Shown piece by piece: positions 26,950 to 39,037 of a stretch of 64,000 nt of DNA (the first letter of the stretch is position 1; each line of letters opens with the position of its first letter). A program made the translations under genes and the position numbers. Below the pieces are notes generated by a model. The model was not told the origin of the DNA. It worked only from the letters and a program-made list of their open reading frames with translations, and made no database searches. The stretch spans positions 69,814,001-69,878,000 of the forward strand of contig CM059438.1 in NCBI GenBank assembly GCA_030390025.1, read 5' to 3'. This stretch comes from Squalus acanthias (taxonomy: Eukaryota).

Positions 26950-27350
26950 GCACAAGGCGAGATTAAGGAAGCTGGGAAGGCTTACACTGGAGAAAAGATG
27001 GCTTAAGGGAGATACATGGACATTACGACTTTCTGAGCTGAATAAATTAATTGAACCCGAACAAATTATTTGTCGCAGTCACAAGCTCTGTGACTAAGTG
27101 GCAGAGACTCAAGCTTAAGAAGGGAGAGAGTAAAAGTCACTTTAGCTTTAATTACTTCACACACAAGCTGGTGAAAGTGTGGGACAGGGAGACTGAAGGT
27201 GAACAGTATTGGAAAAGTCAAGACGGACCTGGCTAGCTTTTAAATAGAAAGGAGTTCATGGTGTAAATAGTAGAGAATAGTATTTTTTTTGAACTTGGGG
27301 ACCACACAGATGAACCGTTATCTTTGGTCCTGTATATTCCTATGTTCTTA
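26950..27350 (+). mobile_element. Highly degenerate CR1 3' fragment
   Basis: CTGGAGAAAAGATGGCTTAAGGGAGAT, TACTTCACACACAAGCTGGTGAAAGTGTGG and a TTCCTATGTTCTTA tail. Confidence 0.6.
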
Positions 27351-29444
27351 CACATGGTGCTAATCTCTATTTAGAGTCAGTTTTAATGTATAATTATAGG
27401 TGAAGAGGGAGGCCATTATTGTCCAAAAGTAGTTATGTATTGCATGTAGCTATGTAAAAATGTACTATGTTTGTCTGTGGGGTTTGATGGAACCTGTTTG
27501 CTAAGATATTTAATAGTAAATTTTACACTTTTGCATTTTCAGTGTGAAGTTTTGTCCGCCAGAATGGAATTGAGGAAATCACGCATGTTATGTGCCTGAC
27601 TTTTCCCTTCACAAAAGTGGAGAATTACCCCTGTAATCCCAAAACACAAGTATAGTGACTGTCAAAAAGAAGGCGCTATAATAGAAATACTGCACAGCTG
27701 GTCTCTGTCATTACTTACCGCATAGTTCAGGTAGAATAGTTGGCTGGCTGCATTTTGATTATTCCTATGCACTTTTATTTCTGATTGGAGATAGAATGAT
27801 ACAGAAGATTCTGATGAAGGCATTGCGGAGTAAATGCTTTCGAGGGCCTGAACTATGGGTCATTACTAACCATAAACCAGCTGAATCGTCAATCTTGGAT
27901 AAAACAACTTCAAAGATTGCTGCAAATGAAGCCTTCAAAAGCATGGGGAAGGTAAATTGGAAATACATTTATTCATGGTTGGTAGAAGGAATCGCCATCA
28001 AACACAGATGAGTCTGTTCCCTATTGCACAATTCTCAGAATTTACCAATTTGAGGAGCACTTAGATAAATCAATAGGCAAGCTGGATGAATTTCACTGTG
28101 TTCTGTGTTGAAATTTGTTGTGGCCATATGTGCATTGAAGTCTACTGTAAGCCCATTTCAGTGCAAAAGGATTACAGTGTGGACTAGATAGATATATTGA
28201 TTTAGTTACAATATACAGTCTGTTTCTTCTTTGGAAAAATGAACAAAAACTAGCCTCACTTCTAGATCTAACCACAGTTGCCAGAGTGTTATGGGGAGTT
28301 TAAGCATCAACAGCACCTTGCCCACCCCCTCACCCAGACTGATTCACCTGTAGGTGTGGAGAAATATGGACCTTTTCTCCACAAACCCCGAGGGACAATC
28401 TGCAGATTGACTCTGGCATCCCTTCCTTCAGTATTGAGAGAGAGCTTTGAGCCCTGGGTCATTTCAGGGCATTACAAAGGCCCTTGTAGTGTCTAGATGA
28501 TGGTGTCAAAGAACTGTTGGGTACCCTTCATGCTAAATTTCAGCTGCACCAGAATCATACCTTCTGCAACTTGAAACGCGCTAACTTACCATACCAACTG
28601 CCCCAGTGTGGTACAGAAATGATAGACCGAGAAACCTCCTTTCCATTCAATGAAGCATAAATAACCTGGGAGAGAGAGAGAGAGGCACCGTCGTCTGATA
28701 ATTTTGATTCCATTTCTGAAGGAGCACACATAGCCTTAAACTATAATAAATGAAAAGGAAGGCAAATGATGTTAAATCCTAGGACATACCAAACCTTTGC
28801 CATCTGCAGAGGTGGAACTCCAGACTCATGTCGGACTGTTGAAGAGACTTGGATGGAGGAGAGACAATCCTTCATATGTTGTGCTCTTGCCCAAAGGCCC
28901 AGCCCACTGGCAGAAGTTGTCGTGTGGCATCTGAAGCTCATCAAGTACCTCGCTGAACAATATCCATCTCACTGGATGATCATCCGTGCCTCAACAGGGG
29001 CAAACTCTTGTGTTTCTTCCCAACTGCAGCCCACACCTGAGCTGGTGCCAGGAAAAACATGGATTCATCCCCTCCCCCAGCCTGAACGATGTGGATTGAA
29101 ACACTATTGAAAATATCATAAGCTGAGAAAAATATACACTCCCTGAGACTGAGACAGCAAGAAGTCTTTGCAATCTAGTCCTTATCCCTGGTTCACTCAT
29201 CAGTGTCTGTTCGGCACATCAATATTTTCAGCCACATAGGCTGCAGCATGCTCCAGATGCCGATCTGATCAAGGTTTCTGTTGAAGCTCCAGTGGCAGAG
29301 CCTTAACCCACTGACAGAACGGGCAAGCATAGCTGTACACAATAACACAACTGCCATTCCCTGAAATCAAACTCAAGGGTCGTTCAAGTGCCTGGAAATG
29401 GTCTCTCACCATCGCTGTGTACTATGTGTTTGTCTAACCCCGTG

Positions 29445-29800
29445 CTAGCACTATTGACTATGGGTCAGAAGGTGTTCGTTCAAGTCCCAGATCAGGAGTT
29501 AAGCTTGTAACTTAAGCTGACAATCTTGTGCGGTACTGAGTGTTGCAGTGCTTTGAATGCTATCATTTGGATTAGATGCTAAACCAAGGCCTTAGCTGAT
29601 GGCTTCTCCTTCAACTACTACCACCAGAAACAGAATAATTGGTCATTTATCTAATTGCTGTTTCTGAGATCCTGCTGTGCACAAAATGGCTGTTGCACTG
29701 CCGACATAACAATAGCCCATTCACTTCGGAATAGTTTATTGTAAGCAAAGTGCTTTGAGATTATTCTGAAAGGTAATATGCTATATAAATGCAAGTCTTT
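29445..29800 (+). mobile_element. Degenerate DeuSINE
   Basis: GTCAGAAGG..GTTCAAGTCCC head, GGTCATTTATCTAATTGCTGTT, and a CTATATAAATGCAAGTCTTTC tail. Confidence 0.7.
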
Positions 29801-29825
29801 CCTTCACATATATACCATATACTCC

Positions 29826-30960
29826 TGTGTCATCCAGCTGGGTGGGACTACGCTCGCCTGGTTCCATTCTTATCTATTCAGTTGTTGCCAGAGAATCACC
29901 TGCAATAGCATCTCTTCCTGCTCCTGCATCATTACCTCTGGAGTCCCCCAAGGATCTATCCTTAGCCTTCTCATCTACATGCAGCCCCTTGGCGACATCA
30001 TCCAAAAACACAATGTCAGGATCCACATGTACGCTGATGACACCTAGCTCTACTTCACCACCACCACCTCTCTTGGCCCCTCCACTGTCTCTAATTTGTC
30101 ACACTGCTTGTCCGACATCCAGCACTGCATGAGCAGAAATTTCTTCCAACTAAATATTGGGAGACCAATGCCATTGTCCTCGGTCCACACCACAAACTCC
30201 GTTCCTTCGCCATCGACTCCATCCCTCTCCCTGGCAACTGTCTGAGGCTGAACTGGACCGTTCACAACCTTGGTGTCGTAGTTGACCCCGAGATGAGCTT
30301 CCAACCATATATCCACTCCATCACCAACTTCCACCTCCATAACATGGCCCAACTCTGCCCCTGCCTCAGCTCACTTGCTGCTGAAATCTCATCCATGCCT
30401 TTGTTACCTCTAGACCTGACTATTCCAACGCTCTCCTCGCCGGCCTCCCAGCTTCTACCCTCCATCAACTTGAGCTCATCCAAAACTGCTGCCCGGATCC
30501 AAACTCATACCAAATCATATTAACCCATCACCACTGTGCTCACTGACCTACATTGGCTCACGTTCCGGCAACACCACAATTTTAAAATTCTCATCCTTGT
30601 TTTCAAATTCCTCTGTGGCCCCACCCCTCCCTTCTCTGTAAACTCCTTCAGCCCTACAACCCTCCAAATCTCTGCGCTCCTCCAATTCTGGCCTGTTGCG
30701 CATCCCCGATTTTAATCCCTCCACCATTTGTGGCCATGCCTTCAGCTGCCTAGGCCCTCGGCTCTGGAATTCCTTCCCTAAACCTTTCCGCCTCTCAACA
30801 CCTCTCTCCTCCTTTTAAGATGCTCCTTAAAACCTACCTCTGTGACCAAGCTTTTTGTCATCTGACTTAATATCTCCTTTTGTGGCTCAATGTCGAATTT
30901 TTTTTGATAACGCTTCTGTGAAGTGCCTTGGGACGATTTACTGCGTTAAAGGCACTATAT
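29826..30960 (+). mobile_element. L2 LINE 3' ~1.1 kb (RT C-terminus and tail)
   Basis: ORF contains LAWFHSYL..SGVPQGSIL..LIYMQPLGDIIQKHNVRIHMYADDT, followed by HNLGVVVDPE and HITTVLTDLHWL-type sequence; L2 tail GTGAAGTGCCTTGGGACG..AAAGGCACTATAT. Confidence 0.9.
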
Positions 30961-31350
30961 GGTGTTATACACTGTGAATGTTACGTATACCAACATCAAC
31001 CACAGAACAACTGCAATTAAAACATTCTCAATATTATGGTAAGTTAAACTGTGGTTAAGAAAGAGATTATAGTTATATCTTAAATAGAGATAACCCCAAA
31101 TAGTATCTGAATGTCACCAATTACAAAAGATACCTTGATGTAATTTGAAATACATGAATCATAAGATGTTAATATCATAAGTTGTTAATATCATAAGTTT
31201 CCATCTCCCAAGTTCCAACTGGAAGGGGCTGCATACTGTTTCTTGGCAGTCAAGATAGATCTCAGGCATGTTTTCTCTGTTGTGCACTCAAATTTAAGGT
31301 GAAATCATCAAATGAGAAGGTCACCCATCCCCCACAAACAATCATTATTA

Positions 31351-31798
31351 ACATAGAAACATAGAAACTAGGAGCAGAAGTAGGCCATTCGGCCCGTCGA
31401 GCCTGCTCCACCATTCAATACGATCATGGCTGATCATCCAAATCCAGTACCCTGTCCCTGCTTTCTCACACAGAATCCCCATTGAGCCTGCACCGACACA
31501 TATCCCACCCTATCCCCGTAACCCCACGTATTTAATTCCCCCTAACATATCCCATCCTATCCCCATAACCCCACATATTTAATCCCCCCCTAACACTAAG
31601 GGTCAATTTATCGTAGCCAAATCAACCTAACCCACACATTTTTGGACTGTGGGAGGAAACCGGAGCACCCGGAGGAAACCCACGCAGACACGGGGAGAAT
31701 GTGCAAACTCTACACAGACAGTCACCCGAGGCCAGATTCGAACCCGGGTCCCTGGCGCTGTGAGGCACCAGTGCTAACCACTATGCCACCATGTTGCC
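31351..31798 (-). mobile_element. HE1-type V-SINE with duplicated linker and an extra CR1-type tail
   Basis: Head and V-domain are nearly identical to 23768-24084, with an added ~120 bp tail ending (TTCTATGT)n. Confidence 0.9.
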
Positions 31799-31874
31799 CC
31801 ATTATTGAACATTTGAAATTTATTTAGAAAATGTTAAAAAGAATGAAATCCATTCAACATTTGAAAATATCTTG

Positions 31875-32589
31875 GCCTGGTGTCTTCACTCGGTTTTTCG
31901 CTCAGTTGGTTTTTTTCGACGCAATTCGGCCGAACCAGCACAACGTCTCATGGGATTTTTAGTGCAATTTGAGTGCCTGTGAATTTTTTATGCTAGTTTA
32001 AAAAACATTGCGCTGGAAGCCGGCCCCACCGACAAACTAGCCACGCCCCCAGATTGACTTAATCAGCTCTGTGAGTTTCCGCTACTTGCGCTTGTTTGCG
32101 GGCCTTCGAGGAGGCTCTTAAAATTAAGTTGGTTCTTTTGGGTGCGTTTTAAAAGCTTTTGAGTATATATTTTTATAATTTACTAAGAAACTGACTTCTG
32201 AACACCAACATAGCTATCAAATGTTTCTATAGAGTTATTTAAAGTCATTTTCAGTTACTTAAAGTTGGGTTACTCACAGGTGGTGGACTATACACTGATT
32301 AAAATGCTTATTTTTTGTGCGAAACTCATTTTCAGCTGTTTTAATCAAACTGCACCAAGTTACCAATCTTAACTATATCAAGGAATATTTTTCAGAGCAA
32401 AAATACATATTTTTAAAATTGCGTTCTAAAACATGTCCCGATTGCGCTGGTTTATGGCAGATTTTGTGTTCGGTGACATGCAAATGAGTTTGAGCGGAAA
32501 CTTAAGATTAAAAAACTCAAAACTAGTGCAATTTTGGGCACAATTTGCGCCCGGATCGCCGATTACGCCCAAAGCAGAAACTCTACCCC
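31875..32589. mobile_element. MITE-like element (CpG-rich ends, AT-rich core), left end unclear
   Basis: The right end GAAACTCTACCCC resembles the GGG-starting termini of other MITEs here; the composition profile is similar. Confidence 0.45.
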
Positions 32590-32824
32590 CTTCTGTTTAT
32601 CTCCAGATACCTATTGTTAATTTTGAGACTTCCCAAATGATGTTTTTCAGTAGCTTGAGTAATCTGTAAAACATTTCAGAATCAAAGTCATTTCTGAGTC
32701 AACAGAGGAATTTTTAAAGATATTTTGCTGTGCAATTACATGATTGGTAATACCTTGGGGCAAGTTATCCTCTGATTGGTGGATGTGACAATATCATAAA
32801 CAGGTTCCTCAACAAAGGGTTTAC

Positions 32825-33140
32825 AAAATAAAAACAGAAAATGCTGGAAATACTCAGCAGGTCAGGCAGCATTCTGCCTGACCTCTGTGGAGAGAGAAAC
32901 AGAGTTAACGTTTCAGGTCGATGACCCTTCGTCAGAACTGGAAAAAGCTGGAGATCGAACAGATTTTAAGCAAGTGTAGGGGCAGGGAAGGGGTGAGGGA
33001 GGAAAGAAGAAAAGGGAAGTTCTGTAATAGGATGGAAGTCAGGAGAGATTAAGAGACATTAAGAGACAAAAGGGATGATGGTGCAAGGCAAAAGGAGATG
33101 GTAATGGGACAAGTTAAGAAACAAAAGATGGCTCTCGAGA
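32825..33140 (-). mobile_element. Penelope-like pLTR fragment with hammerhead motif at ~32903-32939
   Basis: Homologous to 35480-35780; the minus strand reads AGUU-CUGACGA-AGGGUC(AUC)GACCU-GAAACGUU-AACU. Confidence 0.85.
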
Positions 33141-34217
33141 AGGATTTCGAAAGGATTTGAAAATCGAAAGGATTTACGATTTTGCTATATCTAATGCACA
33201 GTGGAAATCTTTGCCCCTTAAGAGCAAAACAAATCTTTGGACAGGTTTGGATTTAACTTTGAGGTGTTCCTCAATTTGTAGAATATTTAAATATGAGCTA
33301 AGAACTCCACTAGTTTTTATGTGTAACACCATCATTAATGTGCTTGTGAAGATTCTTCCTCTTCACATTAAAACACACTCGGGGGGGGGGGGGGGAGAAG
33401 CCTTCTTTGTTTTAACCACAAATACTGCATAGCAGAAATCTTCTCAAATATTTATGATGTTGCTACACATAACCAGAAAAACTCATCACTGTTCTTTTGC
33501 AAATGTGGCTTATGTTTTCAGATATTTTTAATTGTACCCAATTTGGAACACTGTGTGGAGGTCAGGGGTCATCTATTCTTGGTAACACTAATTATTGTCT
33601 TTGTAAACATTGCTGCTGATAAAACCGAGTACTCTGAGTTCAGTATCTAAAGACTCACAGATCCTTAGTAAAACAAAACTACTTTCTCCATAGTTTCATG
33701 TCGGGCCTGCTTGAGGCAATAATCAAAATCCATTATCCTTGAGCAATGTTACAGGTGAGAGAAGCTTTTCTTCCCACAAGATCCTAGACGTCTTCCCACA
33801 GGATAATGGGCACGTGGAACAGACTGTCAGAGAAGGTGGACGGTTCAGGATCAATTGACACCTTTAAATGGCAGCTACATTGATATCTGCTGAAAAGATG
33901 GATTGAGGGGACCTTGTGATTTTGTACAAGATGAACACTCCTTGCTCATCTTATCGCACAATGATTTTGGTGCCAACATCTAATGTTGGGGCACATGCTT
34001 CTAATGTTGGGATGCATTTGTATGACAACGAAGCATGACAGAATGCTGCAGCAAAGTGAGATTATCCATCAGGACATTGATAGGTTATCAGCAGCATCTA
34101 TGGAGAGGCATATGTTCTTATTGCCAGTGTTTCTCACCATGAAGTGAGTTTGTTGGAGTGAAGACTGACTCCTAGAGTTGTGTTGACCCCACACTATGGC
34201 ATATTAAGAAAGACTAA

Positions 34218-34946
34218 GGGCTGGATTTTGATACTGGGGCAGGTTGGGGTCGTGTTATCCGCATTTCGTTTTATCCACCCGCCTGCAATTGGATGTGGGA
34301 GATTGATGCAATTTTCACTTAATTGGGCAATTGAGTTCCAGCATGTGGGAACCCATGAACCAATTAGTGGTTTCAGTCTGAAAGTCGCCTCTGATGATGT
34401 CATCATTGCTGCTGCATTGCAGGTCAGAGACTGCCTGGTCTCAGAGATTGCCTGGCCTTTGCTGTGAGAGGACCTGGATGCAAAATGAGCAGCATCTCCG
34501 AGAGAGAGAGAGAGAGAGAGAGAATTTTTTTTCCATCCACGTAGTCTCTGAAGACATTCAATGCAGCAGCATCAGAGGCGACTTTCAGACCTAATACTAC
34601 TACTACCTTCATCACATCTCCGTTGTAATAGTGGACCTGCAGCTGATAGTCAGCTATCCACTTGTGCTCCTGCCAGGTTTCACTGGCGTGCTTCACGTCA
34701 GAAAAGGGTTAAACTAGCTAAAACGTTTCAAAATGGCATTGCAGAGCCAATTTAGGGCTTGTTAAGGGCTTTAATGGTCTCTCCCGCCTCTTGGAGGCGG
34801 GACGGAGTCGGGAACACCACACACGATTTTATCAAAATTGCGTGGAGGCGGGTTGGAGGCGGGATGGGGTCGGGACCCCCGAATCTGCAACTTTAACCCC
34901 CACACGCCTCCAAACCCGACTCCATGGGTCATTGAAAATCCAGCCC
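34218..34946. mobile_element. PIF/Harbinger-like MITE
   Basis: TIR GGGCTGGATTTT/AAAATCCAGCCC with TAA on both flanks; an inverted homologue lies at 46384-47142. Confidence 0.88.
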
Positions 34947-35542
34947 TAAGATCTTAAAAGCTATGTGTCCTCTGCTTTGGATGCTGGGGTAAATTTGTTT
35001 TGGTTTCCAATGTTTTGTTTTGTTTTCAGTTCAAATTTTATAAAGTAGATGTGACATTATAACCACATCAGGTTTTCCACATTTTCAAACCTGAAGCTCT
35101 AGCTTGCGAGTCAGTATTGGGCCAGAATTTGTGGTTGGTATGACGGTGTACTCTCAGAGGACGGCATCATACCACCTTTGAAATGGACAGCAAGTTCGGG
35201 ATTTCCACACGCGCTAAATCCCGAGCCTGCGATCTGTCAAGTTCCGACTTGACAGATGATCCACACTGACACTGAAATCCTAATTGCTGACACAGAGTTG
35301 GGCTAATTGCCCACTAACTGCCCAGCAATTAAGTATGAAAATTTTATGGCTGGTACAAATAGGCGCAGCACCTGTTTTCACAGCGTAAGGGGATACCCGT
35401 CAATAAAACCATCATCTGATGCTTTTTTGTTTAAATATATATCAAAAGGAATGTAAATCCAGACTGGGTAGAGTGAGACATAACAACAGAAAACGCTGGA
35501 AAAACTCAGCAGGCCAGGCAGCATCCGTGGAGAGAGAAACAG

Positions 35543-35579
35543 AGTTAACGTTTCAGGTCGAAGACCTTTCGTCAGAACT
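35543..35579 (-). ncRNA. Minimal type I hammerhead ribozyme motif (family A)
   Basis: Exact reverse complement of the motif at 36727-36763. Confidence 0.72.
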
Positions 35580-36726
35580 GGAAAAAAGCAGGAAATGAAA
35601 TAGTTTTTAAAGCAAGTTTAGAGCTGGGAAAAGGGGGAGGGGCTGAAAGAACAAAAGGGAAGGTCAGTGATAGGATAGAAAGCAGGAGAGATTAAGAGAC
35701 ATTGAAAGACATTAAGAGATATTCAAGGCAAGAGGAGGTGGAAATGGGACAAGTTGAGGAGCAAAGGATGGCTCTAGATGAAGTGTGAATTGCGCTGGCA
35801 GAATGAAAGACAGCTGCCATGTGGGAGGGAAGAAAAAAAGGCCAAACAAAGTGGCACCCCACCAGCCTCCACATTCAACGGATCATCCTCCACCATTTCC
35901 GCCACCTCCAGCGTGATCCCACCACCAAATGCATCTTCCCTTCACCTCCCCTTTCAGCATTCTGCAGGGACCACTCCCTCCGCAACACCCTAGTCCACTC
36001 CTCTACCGTGCAAGCGCAGGAGATGCAACACATGCCCTTATACCTCCCCCCTTCCCACTGTCCAGGGCCCAAACACCCCTTCCAGGTGAAACAGCGATTT
36101 ACTTCTACTTCCTGCAATTTAGTATACTGTATTCGCTGCTCATGATGTGGTCTCCTCTACATTGGGGAGACCAAAATGCAGATTGGGTGACCGCTTTGCG
36201 GAACACCTCCATTCAGTCCGTAAGGGGGACCCCGAGCTCCCGGTGGCCTGTCACTTTAATTCACCGCTTCACTCCCACTATGACCTCACCGTACTCGGCC
36301 TCTTGCATTGTTCCACGGAAGCTCAGCGTAAGCTCGAGGAACAGCACCTCATCTTTCGATTAGGCACTCTACAGCCCTCTGGACTCAACATAGAGTTCAA
36401 CAATTTCAGATCATAACCCCGGCCCTGATCACATATATATATTTTTTTATCCACACTTTTGTTTGGCCTTTTTTTCTTCCTGCCCACATGGCAGCTGTCC
36501 TTCATTCTGCCAGCGCAATTCACACTTCATCTGAGCCATCCTTTGTTCCTCAACCTGTCCCATTTCAATCTCCTCTTGCCTTGAATATCTCTTAATGTCT
36601 CTCAATGTCTCTTCATCTCTCCTGCTTTCTATCCTATCACTGACCTTCCCTTTTGTTCTTGCATCCCCTCCCCCTTTTCCCAGCTTTATCCTTGCTTTAA
36701 AATCTATTTAATTTCTGCTTTTTTCC

Positions 36727-36763
36727 AGTTCTGACGAAAGGTCTTCGACCTGAAACGTTAACT
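36727..36763 (+). ncRNA. Minimal type I hammerhead ribozyme motif (family A)
   Basis: AGUU-CUGACGA-A-AGGUC(UUC)GACCU-GAAACGUU-AACU: CUGANGA and GAAA cores, 5 bp stem II, palindromic AACGUU stem III, 4 bp stem I. Confidence 0.75.
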
Positions 36764-37319
36764 CTGTTTCTCTCTCCACGGATGCTGCCTGGCCTGCTGA
36801 GTTTTTCCAGCGTTTTCTGTTGTTATTTCGGATTTCCAGCTTCCGCATTATTTTGCTATCGTATTAGGGTAGAGTGAGAGACTGTTTGGGGAATTGACAA
36901 TTTTGCAAATTAAAAAAAAAATCAAAAATACTCTTCCCTCACGGTATCTTCAGGGGACCTTTCATGTACAAAATGCATAAAATCTTCTGTCAACATTAGC
37001 TGCAATATTCTCCCTAGAAAATACCACAGTATCTAGTGGGAGAGAATGAGACACCTTCTGTTTCCTGACTGGAGCACGTGATCCCACGTACGCTTACGTT
37101 CACGGTGCGGCCCTGGGATCCGTGGTCTACTATGCTGCGCTCAACTCTGCATTACCTTAATTACGCCGCCGACTGCAAAATTTAGACTGTTATTTGAAAG
37201 ATTAAACTGGATGATGAACCCACTGTACGAAATCTTATTCCACGTAATTTAAACCTTTGGAAAGTAATAATGTGCATTGCAGCAATCATTTTCGACAGCC
37301 GTTGTCTCACTGATTATAA

Positions 37320-37742
37320 CTGTGGCATAGTGGTTAGCACTGGTGCCTCACAGCGCCAGGGACCCGGGTTCGAATCTGACCTCGGGTGACTGTCTGTGTG
37401 GAGTTTGCACATTCTCCCCGTGTCTGCGTGGGTTTCCTCCAGGTGCTCCGGTTTCCTCCCACAGTCCAAAAATGTGCGGGTTAGGTTGATTTGGCTATGA
37501 TAAATTGACCCTTAGTGTTAGAGGGGGATTAAATATGTGGGGTTATGGGGATAGGATGAGATATGTTAGGGGGAATTAAATACGTGGGGTTACGGGGGTA
37601 GGGTGGGATATGTGTACTGTGGGGATTAAAGCAGGGACAGGGTACTGGATTTGGATGATCAGCCATGATCGTATTGAATGGTGGAGCAGGCTCGACGGGC
37701 CGAATGGCCTACTCCTGCTCCTAGATTCTATGTTTCTATGTA
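37320..37742 (+). mobile_element. HE1-type V-SINE with extra CR1-type tail
   Basis: TGGCATAGTGGTTAGCAC..GGTTCGAATC head, V-domain, and the same added tail as 31351-31470. Confidence 0.9.
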
Positions 37743-39037
37743 GGTATTGACCTTTCAAAGGCTGTACTTTCTGTGGCACTCCGGCCCGTATAGTTTCCCA
37801 ACACCACGCTTTCCTGCCTTCCCAAAAATAATCACAACAAAAAACAATCTTGCAAGTCATTGGGGCATTTATAAATCAACTGTCAAAGCAGAAGCTGTGT
37901 TGCAAATGTCCACTCTTTTTAGCATTTGTTGCAAAAGATCACTAGAAAAGTACAAAATGAATAAATTTACAATGAAGGCTGAAGGCATGGAAATGCATCA
38001 TGGCTGGCCTTTGAATTGCTCTTGGTTACAGTGTGAGGGCTGCTGTTGTGTCTTAAACCCACTGGATTCACCTGAACAGCATTTCCTTTAATTGACTCTC
38101 TGGATTGAACAGCAGTGAAAATACGAATATCATTATTGCAAATAAATAGACAACTAGTTTTCACAATCCATAATGCAACCACAGAACATGAAGAGGAACG
38201 CAATGGTGGCTGAGTAATCTATACATGCAGGAAATACAACAGCAGGCAAAAAGAAGATATCATAATTAAATATAGGTTGAAAAATTGATCTAAACATGCA
38301 GACATGCAAATGGTTATTGTGGAATGATGGAGAAGCTTGTGACAAGTTTGTTGATGAAGCTTTCGTCACACTGTAATTTACTGAGGCACCAAGGCAACTG
38401 CTTTACATTTATATAATCAACATTGTCTTGTATCCAGTATTTATGTGTAGGTGGCAAGATAGCCATCATTTTTTTCAGTATTACACGCTTGTCTAGAAAT
38501 ATCAGAATTCATTACATCCTGTTGAGAGTCACTGGCTTGCCAAGTACTGAGGTCTGCCAGACCAATTAACCTTCAGCTGAATGGCGTGGGCAATGCTAGC
38601 ATCTCTGATATTGCATTGCACTGTACTTATTACTGTCTTCAACAATATAACAACAGCTGCCATGAGATTGGAACGAGCAAGATAGAAATTTCAATTTGGG
38701 GGTTGAAGTAGTCTAAATATCTGTTATAAACCATTTAAGAAGCTAAGTAAAAGTTAAATCACAGCAAATGGTCCAATCTTTAAACCCAAAGATCAAGGAG
38801 GTTCTGTTAATAATTGTATCATTGAGTATTTTTACATAGTGGCCGTTGTATAAAGGAGTTACTTATCAGAAAATATATGCACCCTATGATATGGATCTGA
38901 AGAAATTATTTCTGGTGATGCTTTTCAAGCCTGGTGACCGAGGATTCTAGGATTTCGCTGAAATCAGTCTGGGTAATAAAAAAAAATGAACCACTGGCTC
39001 TCAGTCTATATGAATTAAGTAAGGTAGGTTTATCTTT

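Larger units (their letters stand above)
35479..36866 (+). mobile_element. 5'-truncated Penelope-like element (Neptune-like) with a broken GIY-YIG endonuclease between inverted pLTRs
   Basis: Translation gives CKRRRCNTCPY, FTSTSCNLVYCIRCS*CGLLYIGET/KCRLGDRFAEHL..PVACHFN..EQHLIFRLGTLQPSGLN. Inverted arms lie at ~35480-35854 and ~36453-36826; TSD GGGTAGAGTGAGA at 35466-35478 and 36867-36879. Confidence 0.93.
35119..37188. mobile_element. Harbinger-like MITE hosting the Penelope insertion
   Basis: The left end GGGCCAGAATTTG resembles the reverse complement of 63900-63998. The degenerate right end is GCAAAATTTAGACT. Confidence 0.55.

Noticed and set aside
31158..31200. 17 bp tandem repeat ATCATAAG(A/T)TGTTAAT
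   Set aside because: About 2.5 copies, consistent with local slippage; no other structure.
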